Source: Bacteroidales bacterium
Lineage (GTDB): Bacteria > Bacteroidota > Bacteroidia > Bacteroidales > UBA932
Reading direction: 5' to 3'
DNA: 64,000 nt
Assembly: GCA_041441395.1 (NCBI GenBank)
Contig: JASDTD010000045.1
Span: 1,154-65,153, forward strand
Shown: piece by piece, positions 48,699-60,045 of the stretch
Layout: the number at the start of each line of letters is the position of its first letter
Position numbering within the stretch: position 1 is the stretch's first letter
Position numbers and translations under genes: made by a program
Notes under the pieces: model-generated
Seen by the model: only the letters and a program-made list of their open reading frames with translations
What the model was told of the DNA's origin: nothing
Databases searched by the model: none

Positions 48699-50093
48699 TT
48701 AGTCTTGAGTTTGATGGAGGTATGAGTTATCAGAGAGGAGATGTTGTTTGCCGTCTCTCTCTTCAAGCCTCATCGAATCGGCCCCTCTGGCATCATGTCT
48801 CTCCTGATGCATCGGGACCTTCTCCTCCTTGTTAATCATTACTTTTCTTCTTATATATGCCGGCTGATTTTCCAGATCAACTATATTCTCTTCCGGAGTC
48901 AGAATAAGAGCCGGTTTAGTCTTCACGGTTCCAGGCACAGGAACTGATTGTGCAGCAGATTGTTTTGACCTTTCTGTTCTGGAAATAGGCTCAGTCTGTA
49001 TTTTGGGATTACTCTTTATATCAATTATAACCTGTCCCTGCTGTTGCTGACTGTTGAGTGAATCTCCCAATGTTACAGTTTGAACTATTTTATCCCCCTC
49101 TGTTGAAATCTGAGGCAGTGAGTGCATATCAAATCCGGTTGCAACAACCGTTACGCTTATGGCCTCTCCAATTTCCGGATCGTTAACTACACCTCTTTTG
49201 AACTTGAGAACATTCTCCCCTGTGTACTCCTTAATATAATCCATAATCTGGGAGAGTTCTGCCATTGTAAGACCGTTGTTACTGCTTGAGGTTATATTTA
49301 CAAGCACACCTTTTGCAGTCTTAAGATCATAATCGTTAAGCAAAGGGGATGAGAATGCCTCCTCTACCGCCCTGATTGCCCTGTTGTCTCCCTCTGCCGT
49401 CCCTGTTCCAAGCAAAGCCATCCCGCTGTTTTGCATGATCATTTTAACATCGGCAAAGTCAACATTGATGAATCCCGGCCTTGTAATTATTTCGGCAATA
49501 CCTTTAACAGCCGAGTTAAGAACTGAATTTGATTTTGGAAATGCCTCAAAAATATTCAGCTCTCCAAAAATTTTATAAATCTTTTGGTTGTCAATAATCA
49601 GGAGAGAGTCTACATATTTCTCAAGCTCTTTTATTCCTACAACAGCTCTTTTGAGAAACTCCTGTCCCTCGTCCCGGAAAGGTAGAGTAACAACACCTAC
49701 AGTGAGAAGATTCAGATCTTTTGCAAGTTTTGCAATGACCGGAGCTGCACCGGTACCGGTTCCACCACCCATACCTGCAGTTATAAAGACCATCTCAGTT
49801 TGTCCGGAAAGAGATGCCTTTATTGTGTCAATAGACTCCAGGGCAGCGCTTCTTCCCCTTTCCGGATCACACCCCGCACCAAGACCCTTTGCCAAGTCAT
49901 GGCCCAGCTGAATCTTTTCAGGTACCGGGCTATTTTTTAGAGCCATAGTATCTGTGTTGCAGATCATAAAATCCACATCTTTGATGCCCTGCTGGAACAT
50001 CTGACTTACGGCATTCCCACCGCCGCCACCGACTCCAATCACCTTTATGATTGAGCCGTTTGATTCCCAATTTACCGGTATATAATCTTTCAT
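48699..50093 (-). CDS. ftsZ: Cell division protein FtsZ
   Basis: GVGGGGGNA, GGGTGTG and NVDFAD motifs; Bacteroidetes-type C-terminal peptide. Confidence 0.98.
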   Translation of the reverse strand: MKDYIPVNWESNGSIIKVIGVGGGGGNAVSQMFQQGIKDVDFMICNTDTMALKNSPVPEKIQLGHDLAKGLGAGCDPERGRSAALESIDTIKASLSGQTEMVFITAGMGGGTGTGAAPVIAKLAKDLNLLTVGVVTLPFRDEGQEFLKRAVVGIKELEKYVDSLLIIDNQKIYKIFGELNIFEAFPKSNSVLNSAVKGIAEIITRPGFINVDFADVKMIMQNSGMALLGTGTAEGDNRAIRAVEEAFSSPLLNDYDLKTAKGVLVNITSSSNNGLTMAELSQIMDYIKEYTGENVLKFKRGVVNDPEIGEAISVTVVATGFDMHSLPQISTEGDKIVQTVTLGDSLNSQQQQGQVIIDIKSNPKIQTEPISRTERSKQSAAQSVPVPGTVKTKPALILTPEENIVDLENQPAYIRRKVMINKEEKVPMHQERHDARGADSMRLEERDGKQHLLSDNSYLHQTQD

Positions 50094-50099
50094 CTTTAC

Positions 50100-51443
50100 T
50101 TATGCTTCGTTATCTCCTGAATCAAAGAAGGTACCAATATTAGCCCTGAAGTTGTCAAAAAACCTTCCTCTTTTTTGTTTCTTCTGAGGTGCCTTCTGGA
50201 CAGGTTTTTGCTCAACTACTGCGCTTACAAACTGATCTTCACCAAACAGAGTGGTCTCTTTCATAATATTTGCACTTGCAAAATCATTTTCCGCCTCTCT
50301 CATCTTCTCACATCCATATATGAGGAGTCCTACAGCTGTTGAAGAGCTTGGTTTATTAACTCCTTCAGGAGAGTCAAAGGTAATATTATTATTTGGAGAG
50401 GCAATTCTTGTTTCGTATCCTGTCTTGTAACTCACATAGTTACAGATGTGAGCAAGTTGAGAACCACCGCCGGTAAGGACAATACCGGCATGTAATTTTT
50501 CCTGAAAACCTGAACGCTCAATTTCATACAGAACTGCCTCCACTATCTCTGCAACCCTGGCTTCAATTATGCTGGCTATAACTTTAAATGATACCTCTCT
50601 TGAATTTGCTCCGTTCATACCGGGGATAATTACAGTTTTATTATCAGGAGCATATTCGGTGATACAAGATCCATATTGTATTTTCATTTGCTCGGCATTT
50701 CTTGAAGAGACTCCGCACCCCTGCTTAAGATCTTCTGTTATTGAGTTGCCGCCAAACGGAATTACAGCAGTATGCCTGATTATATTATTTTCGATCACTA
50801 ATAAATCTGTAGTTCCACCTCCTATATCAATCATGGCAACACCCATCTCCATTTCCTCTTCAGAAAGTACTGCCAGTGCAGATGCAACAGGTTCCAGAAC
50901 CAGCTCCTTAAGTTTAAGATTTGCTCTGTTTATTACTGACTTACTATGTTCGGCAGAATTGGTTCTTCCTATAAAAAGTTTATAGTTTCCCTCTATCTGA
51001 CTTCCAACCATCCCTACAACTTCTGTCTGGCCAATGTGGTCATCAACATTGTAGCTTTGCGGAATTACATGAAGGATTTTCTCTCCTGCATTAACTCTTG
51101 TTTTATACATCTCCTCCTTCATCTCGTCAATCTCATCCTGGGTAATAAGATTATCCGGTCTCTGTCTGTTCCTTTTACAACCCTCATCTGAACATCTGAT
51201 ATGCTGACCCGCTATTCCAACATACACCTCCTTTATATCTACGCTGCACTCACTCTTTATCTCATCAAGAGTGGGCATCAGTGAATCCAGAACATTCTGG
51301 ATATTTACAACCTCCCCTCTCATAATCCCTTTTGAGGGTGCCTCATGAAAAGAGATGATTTTATAGCCGGATTCGCTCTTCTCTCCAACCAGACTCACAA
51401 CCTTTGTTGTGCCCAGGTCAATTGCTGCTGTGTAAGTTTTCAT
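50100..51443 (-). CDS. ftsA: Cell division protein FtsA
   Basis: DLGTTK, DIGGGTTD and VLTGGG motifs; directly upstream of ftsZ. Confidence 0.96.
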   Translation of the reverse strand: MKTYTAAIDLGTTKVVSLVGEKSESGYKIISFHEAPSKGIMRGEVVNIQNVLDSLMPTLDEIKSECSVDIKEVYVGIAGQHIRCSDEGCKRNRQRPDNLITQDEIDEMKEEMYKTRVNAGEKILHVIPQSYNVDDHIGQTEVVGMVGSQIEGNYKLFIGRTNSAEHSKSVINRANLKLKELVLEPVASALAVLSEEEMEMGVAMIDIGGGTTDLLVIENNIIRHTAVIPFGGNSITEDLKQGCGVSSRNAEQMKIQYGSCITEYAPDNKTVIIPGMNGANSREVSFKVIASIIEARVAEIVEAVLYEIERSGFQEKLHAGIVLTGGGSQLAHICNYVSYKTGYETRIASPNNNITFDSPEGVNKPSSSTAVGLLIYGCEKMREAENDFASANIMKETTLFGEDQFVSAVVEQKPVQKAPQKKQKRGRFFDNFRANIGTFFDSGDNEA

Positions 51444-51447
51444 ATAT

Positions 51448-52269
51448 TCAGGTATTTTCTTTATTTGTAGTCCTTATTTTTTTATTATCTCTTTTTGTAC
51501 AAACAATCTGATCTGTATACTGAAGATTTATTGTACTGTACAGGTCCCATCCGGCATTTGGAATTATATGTTCATAAAATGCCATTAATTTCTTGAATTT
51601 TGACTCAATATTATCAGGTTTTCCAAAGGCAATCTCGTGTTGGCCTATCCTTGGAATTATGAATAAGTCGCCTTTATCGTCAACATCAATCTGCTCGATC
51701 TGTGCATTGATTAATTCATTTTGATCAATATATCTCCCCAGGGCCAGAATCTGTTCACACCACTCTTTGTTCTCTTTAACCCTGCCTCTGTAACCGGGAA
51801 CAATAGAGAGGGGTATCTTTCCCGTAACAACAGGCACAAATGAGGTAAATGACTTTACCAGAGGGAAGATATATCCGGAGTCGTCCAGGTAGAATCCCCC
51901 ATTCTCAGTTTCAAGTCTGAGAACAGGTCTTCTCTGTTCTATTTTAACAAATAGAATCCCTGTGCCATTGTAATTTGTATGAGAAACTCTTACAGCTGTT
52001 CTATTGTTAAGCATATTCTCAAGTTCGTGGAGATTGATATGTTTAATTTTGCTCTCTCCTGCTGTTATTCCCTGCTCTCTGATCAGCTCACCAATCTCTT
52101 CCCTGGTTACAAATCTATTTGCACTACTGTCTAAGATTGAGATATCAATTCTTTTGCATACAACTTTGTCGCTTTCACTCTTCTCCAGTTTATACGAGAA
52201 AAAGAAGTAGGCAGCGAGGGCTGCTGACAGCAGAGTATATCCTGTATATATAAGTATCTTTCTAAACAT
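51448..52269 (-). CDS. ftsQ: Cell division protein FtsQ/DivIB
   Basis: Single N-terminal TM; QRRPVLR and INLQYTDQIVC motifs; position between murC and ftsA. Confidence 0.85.
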   Translation of the reverse strand: MFRKILIYTGYTLLSAALAAYFFFSYKLEKSESDKVVCKRIDISILDSSANRFVTREEIGELIREQGITAGESKIKHINLHELENMLNNRTAVRVSHTNYNGTGILFVKIEQRRPVLRLETENGGFYLDDSGYIFPLVKSFTSFVPVVTGKIPLSIVPGYRGRVKENKEWCEQILALGRYIDQNELINAQIEQIDVDDKGDLFIIPRIGQHEIAFGKPDNIESKFKKLMAFYEHIIPNAGWDLYSTINLQYTDQIVCTKRDNKKIRTTNKENT

Positions 52270-53635
52270 TGTATCTCTTTTTGAGCATTTCAGTCAGAGG
52301 GTCAATAAATCTGTCAATGTCCCCCGCACCAAATGTTATAAGTATATCCGGCTCTATTGAGCCAACATAGTCCAGTAACTCTCCCCTCTTTACAACTCTT
52401 CTCTTTTCAAGCGTCATCATATTCAGTATCATCTCTGAATCAACCCCCTCTATCGGGAGTTCCCTGGCCGGATAAATGTCCATTAGAATCAGCTCGTCAA
52501 GCATGTTCAGACTTTTTGCAAACTCTTCTGCAAAATCCCTGGTACGGGTGTATAGATGTGGCTGGAATATACCAGTTAATCTTCTTCCCGGGAAAATATC
52601 TCTTATTGAACTTATTGCTGCCGATATTTCGTTTGGATGATGTGCATAATCATCGATATAAGCTATTGAAGGGGTGTTTATATGAATGTCAAACCGCCTC
52701 TCTACTCCTGCAAATGATTTAAGAGCAATCTTTATACTATCTTCATCAACACCATTTAGTAAGGCTGCAGCTGATGCTGCTATTCCGTTTTCCACATTAA
52801 CCCAGCCGGGAATACCAACACTGCAGTCTGATATTCTGCCTTCAGGGTGTACCAAAGTAAAGCTGAAGTATCCGCCGCTCAGTAGTTTAACATCCTCTGC
52901 ATGAAAATCTCCTCCATTATCAAATGAGTATGTATGGAGTTTTACACCTTCATTCAGACTCATATCAAGTTCCAGAGAGTTTTTAATAATCAGATTCCCT
53001 CCCGGTTTTATCTGGGATGCAAATTCTGAGAAGGCCTCTTTTATATTCTTATGATTGCTGTATATGTCAAGGTGATCTGCATCTGTTGAAGTTATTATAG
53101 CAGTATCAGGCCACAATTGCAAAAAAGACCTGTCAAATTCATCGGCCTCTGCCACAAGAAACTCCCCTTTTGACAGGAGCAGATTAGTGTGGTAGTTTTT
53201 TGATATTCCTCCGAGGAATGCTGTACAACCCTTTCCGGAAGATGTAATTATATGAGCAAGAAGAGTTGAAGTAGATGTTTTGCCGTGTGTCCCTGCAACT
53301 GCCAGTGTCCTTTTTGTTGCTGCTACTTCACCCAGTGCCAGTGACCTCTTTACAAGCCTGAATCCTCCCTCTCTGAAATAGACAAGCTCATTAAGCTCTG
53401 CAGGTACAGCAGGGGTATATATTACCAGAGTATCATCTGTATTGAATCTTATATCAGAAGGGATAAGATCAATATTATCTTCAAAGTGTATCTCAATTCC
53501 CTCCTTTTCGAGTTCTGCAGTAATTTTACCCGGAGTACGGTCATACCCGGCTACCAGGGAACCTGCGTGTTTGTAGTAACGCGCCAGAGCACTCATACCA
53601 ATGCCTCCAATACCAATAAGATAGACTCTTTTCAT
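52262..53635 (-). CDS. murC: UDP-N-acetylmuramate-L-alanine ligase
   Basis: GIGGIGMS, GTHGKT, EADE, DDYAHHP and FQPH motifs. Confidence 0.97.
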   Translation of the reverse strand: MKRVYLIGIGGIGMSALARYYKHAGSLVAGYDRTPGKITAELEKEGIEIHFEDNIDLIPSDIRFNTDDTLVIYTPAVPAELNELVYFREGGFRLVKRSLALGEVAATKRTLAVAGTHGKTSTSTLLAHIITSSGKGCTAFLGGISKNYHTNLLLSKGEFLVAEADEFDRSFLQLWPDTAIITSTDADHLDIYSNHKNIKEAFSEFASQIKPGGNLIIKNSLELDMSLNEGVKLHTYSFDNGGDFHAEDVKLLSGGYFSFTLVHPEGRISDCSVGIPGWVNVENGIAASAAALLNGVDEDSIKIALKSFAGVERRFDIHINTPSIAYIDDYAHHPNEISAAISSIRDIFPGRRLTGIFQPHLYTRTRDFAEEFAKSLNMLDELILMDIYPARELPIEGVDSEMILNMMTLEKRRVVKRGELLDYVGSIEPDILITFGAGDIDRFIDPLTEMLKKRYNV

Positions 53636-54747
53636 TTACCTCTTTTTGCAAGTTTAAATACTTCATTAACAATAATTGAGGAAGCATCTGTATATGCCAT
53701 CTGCTTAATCTTCTCCTCAAGTTCCTCAATTCTTAATCTGTCTTCAATAAGCTCTGAAGCTGTTCTCATTAAATACTCCTCAGATTCGGAGTCTTTAATC
53801 ATCATAGCCGCTCCATTGTTGACTAATGTCATTGCATTGTGAGTCTGATGATCTTCAGCGACCATAGGAGAGGGGACAAATATGCAGGCTTTACCCGCTA
53901 TACTCAGCTCAGAGATTGTCCCCGCGCCTGCTCTTGTTATAATAACATCGGCTGCTGCAATTGCGAGGTCCATCCTCTCAAGAAAAGCAAAGTGTTTTAC
54001 ATAATCTCTCGGGTGTTCATTAATGAATCTGTCCATCTCCTCTTTATAAAACTTTCCGGTTTGCCAAAGTATCCTGAACCTGCAACTCTCGTTTTTTCTA
54101 ATCCACTCCTGTACGGCCGTATTTAGAGTTCTTGCTCCCAGACTCCCGCCTGTTACCAGCAGAAGCCTCTCTTCAGGAGCTATTCCAAAATGGGCTTTGC
54201 CCTGAGATTTGAGTTCTGCAGTTGTAAGTTTTATCCCCTCTCTGACAGGATTTCCGGTGACCAGAATCTTATCATCAGGAAAAAATTTTGACATTCCTTC
54301 ATAAGCTGTACATATAACGGAGGCCTTTTTTGAGAGGATTCTGTTTGTCAGTCCGGCATATGAGTTTTGCTCCTGAATAAGATAGGGGATCCCTCTTTTC
54401 CCTGCCATCCACAGTAAGGGAGCACTGGCATAGCCACCAACTCCCACTACCACATCCGGCTTGAATCTGTCAAGTATCTTCCCCGCTCTTCTTAAACTTT
54501 CAATTATTTTGAAAGGAAGCATTAAGTTTGAAAAAGCAAATTTTCTTTTCAATCCGGCTACCGGAAGCCCTTCAATTTCATATCCGGCCTCCGGAACCCT
54601 CTCCATCTCCATTTTTCCCAAAGCCCCCACAAAGAGAATTTCACTTTGCGGGCTTTTTCTGCGAATCTCATTTGCTATTGATATTGCAGGAAAAATATGC
54701 CCACCTGTTCCACCTCCGCTTATTATTATTCTTTTTGCACTCATCAT
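53632..54747 (-). CDS. murG: Lipid II GlcNAc transferase
   Basis: GGGTGGH, GGYAS, EQN, GNPVR, GGSLGA and HQTHNA motifs. Confidence 0.97.
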   Translation of the reverse strand: MMSAKRIIISGGGTGGHIFPAISIANEIRRKSPQSEILFVGALGKMEMERVPEAGYEIEGLPVAGLKRKFAFSNLMLPFKIIESLRRAGKILDRFKPDVVVGVGGYASAPLLWMAGKRGIPYLIQEQNSYAGLTNRILSKKASVICTAYEGMSKFFPDDKILVTGNPVREGIKLTTAELKSQGKAHFGIAPEERLLLVTGGSLGARTLNTAVQEWIRKNESCRFRILWQTGKFYKEEMDRFINEHPRDYVKHFAFLERMDLAIAAADVIITRAGAGTISELSIAGKACIFVPSPMVAEDHQTHNAMTLVNNGAAMMIKDSESEEYLMRTASELIEDRLRIEELEEKIKQMAYTDASSIIVNEVFKLAKRGK

Positions 54748-55961
54748 AGCTCAAGGGCCTCCTCTCCCTCTTTCAATTCCGGGGCAGGCTGATCAGGAGT
54801 TGCACATTTGCTGTTTTCAACGCTTCTGCTTACTGCCAGTATTATTCCAAAAGCGGAACTCATTATTATCAGGGATGTACCTCCCAGGCTAATCAGCGGG
54901 AGGGTGTGACCTGTCACGGGAAGTATGCTTACATTTACGAGAATGTGCAGCATTGCCTGAGATGTTATCAGAAGTCCCAATCCAATAACTGTTATGGCTG
55001 AGAAGATTTTTGTACATCCCCGTGCAATCGCAATGCACCGGTAAAGAAAAGATAAATACAGAAGCAAAACTGTTATGCCTCCCGCAAGCCCCCACTCCTC
55101 AACAATGATTGAATATATAAAATCTGAGTAAGGATGGGGCAGGACATATCTCTGGGTACTTTTTCCGGGACCCTTCCCAATGCCATTTGATGATGCAACG
55201 GCTATTTTTGCCATATCTGCCTGAAAAGTTTTGTCAAGAATTCTCTGCTTCTCCTGAGGTGTAAGGTGATCCTCAATCTGCTTCTCATTAGTGAAATTCT
55301 TAACACGGGAAATCATAGTTGATATCCTTGGGAAGAATCCAAATGCAATATGGGCAAGGAAAATCAATGCAATAAGTGCGGAAGCTATACCAACTGCTTT
55401 AATAAGATGTGTGCTTTTTATGCCTGCTACAATGAGTACCAGAAATGAGAGCCCTCCGAGTACAAGTGCGGTAGATGCACTTCCATTTAAAATCAGCACA
55501 AGTACCAACCCCAGAGGGGCTACAACCCATATTAAAAACTCTTTGAATGTCTCAAATTTGTGGTCCTCCAGTACCTTGGCCAGGTATAGCATTGTGGTTA
55601 TTTTTGCAATCTCGCTTGGTTGAAATGATACGCCAAAAATTGTTATCCATCTCTCCGCATCGTTAATTTTGCTTCCGATAAGCATTGTTGCAATCAGCAA
55701 ACCAATACTTAGGATCATACCCATATAAGAGAGCATCCTGTACCATCCCAATGGTATTCTGGAGCAGATATACAATGCAGTTAGACCCAAAATAACAAAT
55801 CTAAGTTGCTTCATAAGATAGAAGAATGTGCTTCTATCCTCCCTAAACGCAAGCGAACTGCTTGAAGAGTAGACAGCTGCAATAGAAATGAGTGAGAGGG
55901 CAATAACTATTACCCATATCACCTTGTCCCCTTTGAGTCGTTTTACAAATGTATCACCCAT
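54744..55961 (-). CDS. ftsW: SEDS peptidoglycan polymerase FtsW
   Basis: RW...FQPSEIAK, SDFIYSIIVEE and PVTGHTLPLISLGGTS motifs. Confidence 0.94.
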   Translation of the reverse strand: MGDTFVKRLKGDKVIWVIVIALSLISIAAVYSSSSSLAFREDRSTFFYLMKQLRFVILGLTALYICSRIPLGWYRMLSYMGMILSIGLLIATMLIGSKINDAERWITIFGVSFQPSEIAKITTMLYLAKVLEDHKFETFKEFLIWVVAPLGLVLVLILNGSASTALVLGGLSFLVLIVAGIKSTHLIKAVGIASALIALIFLAHIAFGFFPRISTMISRVKNFTNEKQIEDHLTPQEKQRILDKTFQADMAKIAVASSNGIGKGPGKSTQRYVLPHPYSDFIYSIIVEEWGLAGGITVLLLYLSFLYRCIAIARGCTKIFSAITVIGLGLLITSQAMLHILVNVSILPVTGHTLPLISLGGTSLIIMSSAFGIILAVSRSVENSKCATPDQPAPELKEGEEALEL

Positions 55962-55966
55962 AGCTT

Positions 55967-57301
55967 TTAAAGTGAGGCTACCGCCTCCTTGAATTGTTTC
56001 CCTCTGTCTTCATAATTCCTGAACAAATCAAAGCTTGCACAGGCAGGAGAGAGAAGTACGCTCTCTCCCGGCTTAGCACATCTGTATGCTATCTCAACAG
56101 CCTCTTTAGCAGATCCCGCATCGTATATTTCATCTACCATCTCCCCAAACTCTTCATGAAGACGGGTGTTATTAACTCCCATACAAATAAGAACTCTAAC
56201 CTTATCTTTTACCAAATCGTACAATGGTGTATAGTCGTTTCCTTTGTCTTTGCCCCCTGCAATCCAAACTATACTTGTCTTCATACTTTCAAGGGCATAC
56301 CATGTTGAATTTACATTAGTTGCTTTAGAGTCATTGATATAGAGTACATTTTTTACTTTTAAAACATTCTCAAGTCTGTGCTCAACCCCTTTAAAACTGG
56401 AGAGACTCTCTCTGAGCACACTGTTGCTGATTTTAAGCACTTTCCCTGTAATTGCAGCAGCCATTGAGTTGTATATATTGTGTTTCCCCTGTAAAGAGAG
56501 CTCATTTACAAACATTGTGTAGTTTTCGCTGTTGTAAACTACATGCATCTGTTCATCTTTCAAATATGCACCCTCTTCAACCACATTGCTCTGACTGAAT
56601 GGTAGTTGTTTTGCCTGCAGTACAATTTTATTAAGATGAGATATGCTTATTTCATCATCAGCACAAAATATGAAACAATCATCTGAAGACATATTTCTTG
56701 TTATTCTGAATTTGGCTTTTATGTAATTCTCCATTTTGTTATCATACCTGTCCAGATGATCGGGTGTAATGTTGAGCAGGACAGCAATGTCCGCCTTGAA
56801 TTCATACATCCCCTCCAGCTGGAAGCTGCTCAGTTCAAGTACATAGTAGTCATGTTTTTTCGTAGCCACCTGGAATGCATAGCTTTGACCGATATTTCCT
56901 GCTAGTCCAACATTCAGTCCGGCATTTTTCATTAAAAAATAGATGATTGAAGTCGTGGTAGTCTTACCGTTACTGCCTGTAATACATATTTTCTTAGAGC
57001 TGTCATATCTGCCGGCAAATTCAATTTCTGAAATTACAGGAATTCCAACAGAGAAAATCTCGTCCATAATTGGTACCGTATCAGGAATTCCCGGACTTTT
57101 GATAACCTCATCGGCGTCAAGGATCCTCTCTCTTGAGTGCCCCCCCTCTTCGTAAGGGATGTTAAACCGTTCAAGCATTGCTTTGGCGTCGTCCTGCAGC
57201 ATATTGCAGTCAGAAAGGAATGTTTCATGACCCTTTACTATAGCCAGAACAGCTGCACCAACACCACTCTCTCCTCCGCCAAGAACTACTACTTTTGACA
57301 T
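55967..57301 (-). CDS. murD: UDP-MurNAc-L-Ala-D-glutamate ligase
   Basis: ITGSNGKTT, ELSSFQ, NDSKATN and LSPACASFD motifs. Confidence 0.97.
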   Translation of the reverse strand: MSKVVVLGGGESGVGAAVLAIVKGHETFLSDCNMLQDDAKAMLERFNIPYEEGGHSRERILDADEVIKSPGIPDTVPIMDEIFSVGIPVISEIEFAGRYDSSKKICITGSNGKTTTTSIIYFLMKNAGLNVGLAGNIGQSYAFQVATKKHDYYVLELSSFQLEGMYEFKADIAVLLNITPDHLDRYDNKMENYIKAKFRITRNMSSDDCFIFCADDEISISHLNKIVLQAKQLPFSQSNVVEEGAYLKDEQMHVVYNSENYTMFVNELSLQGKHNIYNSMAAAITGKVLKISNSVLRESLSSFKGVEHRLENVLKVKNVLYINDSKATNVNSTWYALESMKTSIVWIAGGKDKGNDYTPLYDLVKDKVRVLICMGVNNTRLHEEFGEMVDEIYDAGSAKEAVEIAYRCAKPGESVLLSPACASFDLFRNYEDRGKQFKEAVASL

Positions 57302-57303
57302 AT

Positions 57304-58584
57304 CTATCTAATTTTCAAAGTTACTATTGATAAAACCGCAAGGATTATTGCAATAATCCAGAATCTTGCGACTATTTTTGCCTCAGGCAGGGCCCTTTTG
57401 GGTCTCTGAATTAAAGCCGGTACACCCTCTTTCTGAAAATGGTGGTGCAGCGGAGCCATCCTGAAAATTCTTACACCCTCTCCATATTTAATCCTTGTAT
57501 ATTTGAAGTATAGCCTCTGTACAATCACCGAGATGCTCTCAACAAAGAAAATTCCGCATAAAACAGGGATTAAAAGCTCCTTTCTTATCATAATTGCCGC
57601 TACTGCAATGATTCCACCAATTGCAAGTGATCCGGTATCTCCCATAAAAACCTGAGCAGGGTAGGAGTTGTACCATAAAAAGCCAACAAGAGCTCCAATA
57701 AAGGCTGCAAGTACCACAACAAGCTCTCCGGTGTTAGGTATGTACATTATGTTGAGGTAGTTGGCGTAAATTATATTGCCGGACAAATACGCAAGAATAG
57801 CTAATGTCACACCTACAATAGCTGAAATTCCTGTTGTGAGACCATCCATACCATCAGTCAGATTGGTCCCGTTTGACACAGCAGTTACAATGAAGATAAC
57901 CATAAGAACATAGATAATCCAGCCGACTTTCTGTCCTATCTCTCCCTTAACAGGTGATAACCAGGCATAATCAAATTCGTTGTCTTTTACGAAAGGAATG
58001 GTAGTTTTGGTGCTTTTTTCATCTTTGAAATACTCTACTTTGTCTGTAAATCCCTCCTGTGATATCACTTCAGCATGAGCCTCCTTTACCTGTTCGCTGG
58101 ATGGAACTCTTACAACAGCCTGGTCACTGATGTAGAGGCTTACGCCCACTATCAGACCAAGCCCTACTTGTCCGAATATTTTAAATTTACCCTTCAGACC
58201 CTCTTTATTCTTTTTAAACACTTTAATATAATCGTCCATGAATCCTATGAAACCAAGCCATACGGCTGTAAGAATCATTAGCTGAACATAAATATTTGTA
58301 AGATCCCCAAGAAGAACTGCCGGGATAAGAAGAGAGACAAGTATTATGATACCCCCCATCGTAGGAGTTCCCTTCTTTGACATCTGACCCTCCAGTCCCA
58401 GATCCCGGATACTTTCGCCAATCTGCCTTTTTGCAAGTTTATTTATAATCCTTTTTCCAACGAACAGTGCAATAAGCATTGAAAGAATTACTGCAGATAT
58501 AGCTCTGAATGAAATATATCTAAATAACCCCAGACCGGGGAAATCAACAGATCCTTGCAAATAGTCAAACAAATTGTATATCAT
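57304..58584 (-). CDS. mraY: Phospho-MurNAc-pentapeptide transferase
   Basis: [26 protein letters not shown] and MAPLHHHF motifs. Confidence 0.97.
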   Translation of the reverse strand: MIYNLFDYLQGSVDFPGLGLFRYISFRAISAVILSMLIALFVGKRIINKLAKRQIGESIRDLGLEGQMSKKGTPTMGGIIILVSLLIPAVLLGDLTNIYVQLMILTAVWLGFIGFMDDYIKVFKKNKEGLKGKFKIFGQVGLGLIVGVSLYISDQAVVRVPSSEQVKEAHAEVISQEGFTDKVEYFKDEKSTKTTIPFVKDNEFDYAWLSPVKGEIGQKVGWIIYVLMVIFIVTAVSNGTNLTDGMDGLTTGISAIVGVTLAILAYLSGNIIYANYLNIMYIPNTGELVVVLAAFIGALVGFLWYNSYPAQVFMGDTGSLAIGGIIAVAAIMIRKELLIPVLCGIFFVESISVIVQRLYFKYTRIKYGEGVRIFRMAPLHHHFQKEGVPALIQRPKRALPEAKIVARFWIIAIILAVLSIVTLKIR

Positions 58585-58587
58585 CTT

Positions 58588-60045
58588 TTAACTTTTTTGA
58601 TTAAACAGGTTATTAATCTCCTCCTTATCATCAAAATGGTGTTTCACACCCTTGATATCCTGGTAGTTTTCATGCCCCTTTCCGGCTATGAGTACAATAC
58701 TACCCGGCTTAGCCATAATCAAAGCAGTTCTTATAGCCTCTCTTCTGTCTGTAATAAAGAGGGTCTTTCCCAGATCTTTTACAGAGAATCCCTTTCTTAT
58801 ATCATCAATAATGGCTTCCGGCTCTTCAAATCTTGGATTGTCTGAAGTAACAACTACCCTGTCAGAGTATTTTGCCGAGACCTCTGCCATCTCAGGTCTT
58901 TTAGTTTTATCTCTGTTTCCACCGCATCCAAAAACTGTTACAATCTCTTTACCTTCAGCGCAATCTTTTAATGTTTTAAGAACATTTTCAAGTGCGTCAG
59001 GAGTGTGGGCATAGTCTACGACAGCAGTAATCTCATCACCCCCTTTAAGGTATTCAAGTCTTCCTGCAACGCTTGCCAGATTGCTTATTTCTACAAGAAG
59101 CTCCTCCTCGTGTGCCCCCAGCAGGATGGCTGCAGAATAGGCAGCCAGTATATTATAAGCATTATGTCCTCCTATGAATCTTGTCCAAACCTCCTTGCCG
59201 CCAATATTCAGGAGCATTCCGTCGAGTGTGCTTTCTATTATTCTGCAGTTGAAATTTGCCGGTGACTGACAAGAGTAAGTATATTTTGATGCTTTGCAGT
59301 TCTGAAGCATTACCAGGCCATTTTTGTCATCACTGTTGGTCAGTGCAAAAGAGGCTGGATTGAGATTATCAAAAAAACTCTTCTTAACTCTGATGTACTC
59401 AGCAAATGTTTTATGGTAGTCAAGATGGTCATGTGTAATATTTGAAAAAATTCCTCCCGCAAAATCAATCCCTGCCACCCTCTTTTGATCAAGGGAGTGA
59501 GAACTTACCTCCATAAAACAGTATTCACAACCCTCGTAAGCCATCTCTGCCATAAGTCTGTTTAACTGAACAGGGTCAGGAGTAGTGTGGGTTGCGTTTA
59601 CCTCTCTCTCTTCAATATAATTGGCAATTGTAGATAGAAGCCCGCATTTATATCCAAGTCCCCTGAAGATTCTGTATAGAAGAGTTGCTGTTGTGGTTTT
59701 ACCGTTTGTTCCGGTAATACCTACAACTTTCATTTTCTCTGAAGGATTATCATAGAAATTTGATGATGCTATACCCAGTGCAGAGTGAGTGTCCTTAACT
59801 TTTATAACAATTCCGTTGAATCTCTCTGATGGTATCTCTTCGCACAAAACAGCAACAGCACCACTATCCAGAGCAGCTTTTATGAACTGATGTCCGTCAG
59901 ATGCGGTGCCTCTCTGAGCTATGAAAAGAGAACCGGATGTGCAACATCTTGAATCAAAGCATATTCCGGAAATTTCACACATCTCAGGTGAACCACCGGT
60001 AACTTCAGTAAGATCAATGCCTTTTAATATTCTACTCAGTTTCAT
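58588..60045 (-). CDS. murE: UDP-MurNAc-dipeptide-meso-DAP ligase
   Basis: GTNGKTT, MEVSSH, DYAHTPD and DNPR (meso-DAP specificity) motifs. Confidence 0.97.
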   Translation of the reverse strand: MKLSRILKGIDLTEVTGGSPEMCEISGICFDSRCCTSGSLFIAQRGTASDGHQFIKAALDSGAVAVLCEEIPSERFNGIVIKVKDTHSALGIASSNFYDNPSEKMKVVGITGTNGKTTTATLLYRIFRGLGYKCGLLSTIANYIEEREVNATHTTPDPVQLNRLMAEMAYEGCEYCFMEVSSHSLDQKRVAGIDFAGGIFSNITHDHLDYHKTFAEYIRVKKSFFDNLNPASFALTNSDDKNGLVMLQNCKASKYTYSCQSPANFNCRIIESTLDGMLLNIGGKEVWTRFIGGHNAYNILAAYSAAILLGAHEEELLVEISNLASVAGRLEYLKGGDEITAVVDYAHTPDALENVLKTLKDCAEGKEIVTVFGCGGNRDKTKRPEMAEVSAKYSDRVVVTSDNPRFEEPEAIIDDIRKGFSVKDLGKTLFITDRREAIRTALIMAKPGSIVLIAGKGHENYQDIKGVKHHFDDKEEINNLFNQKS

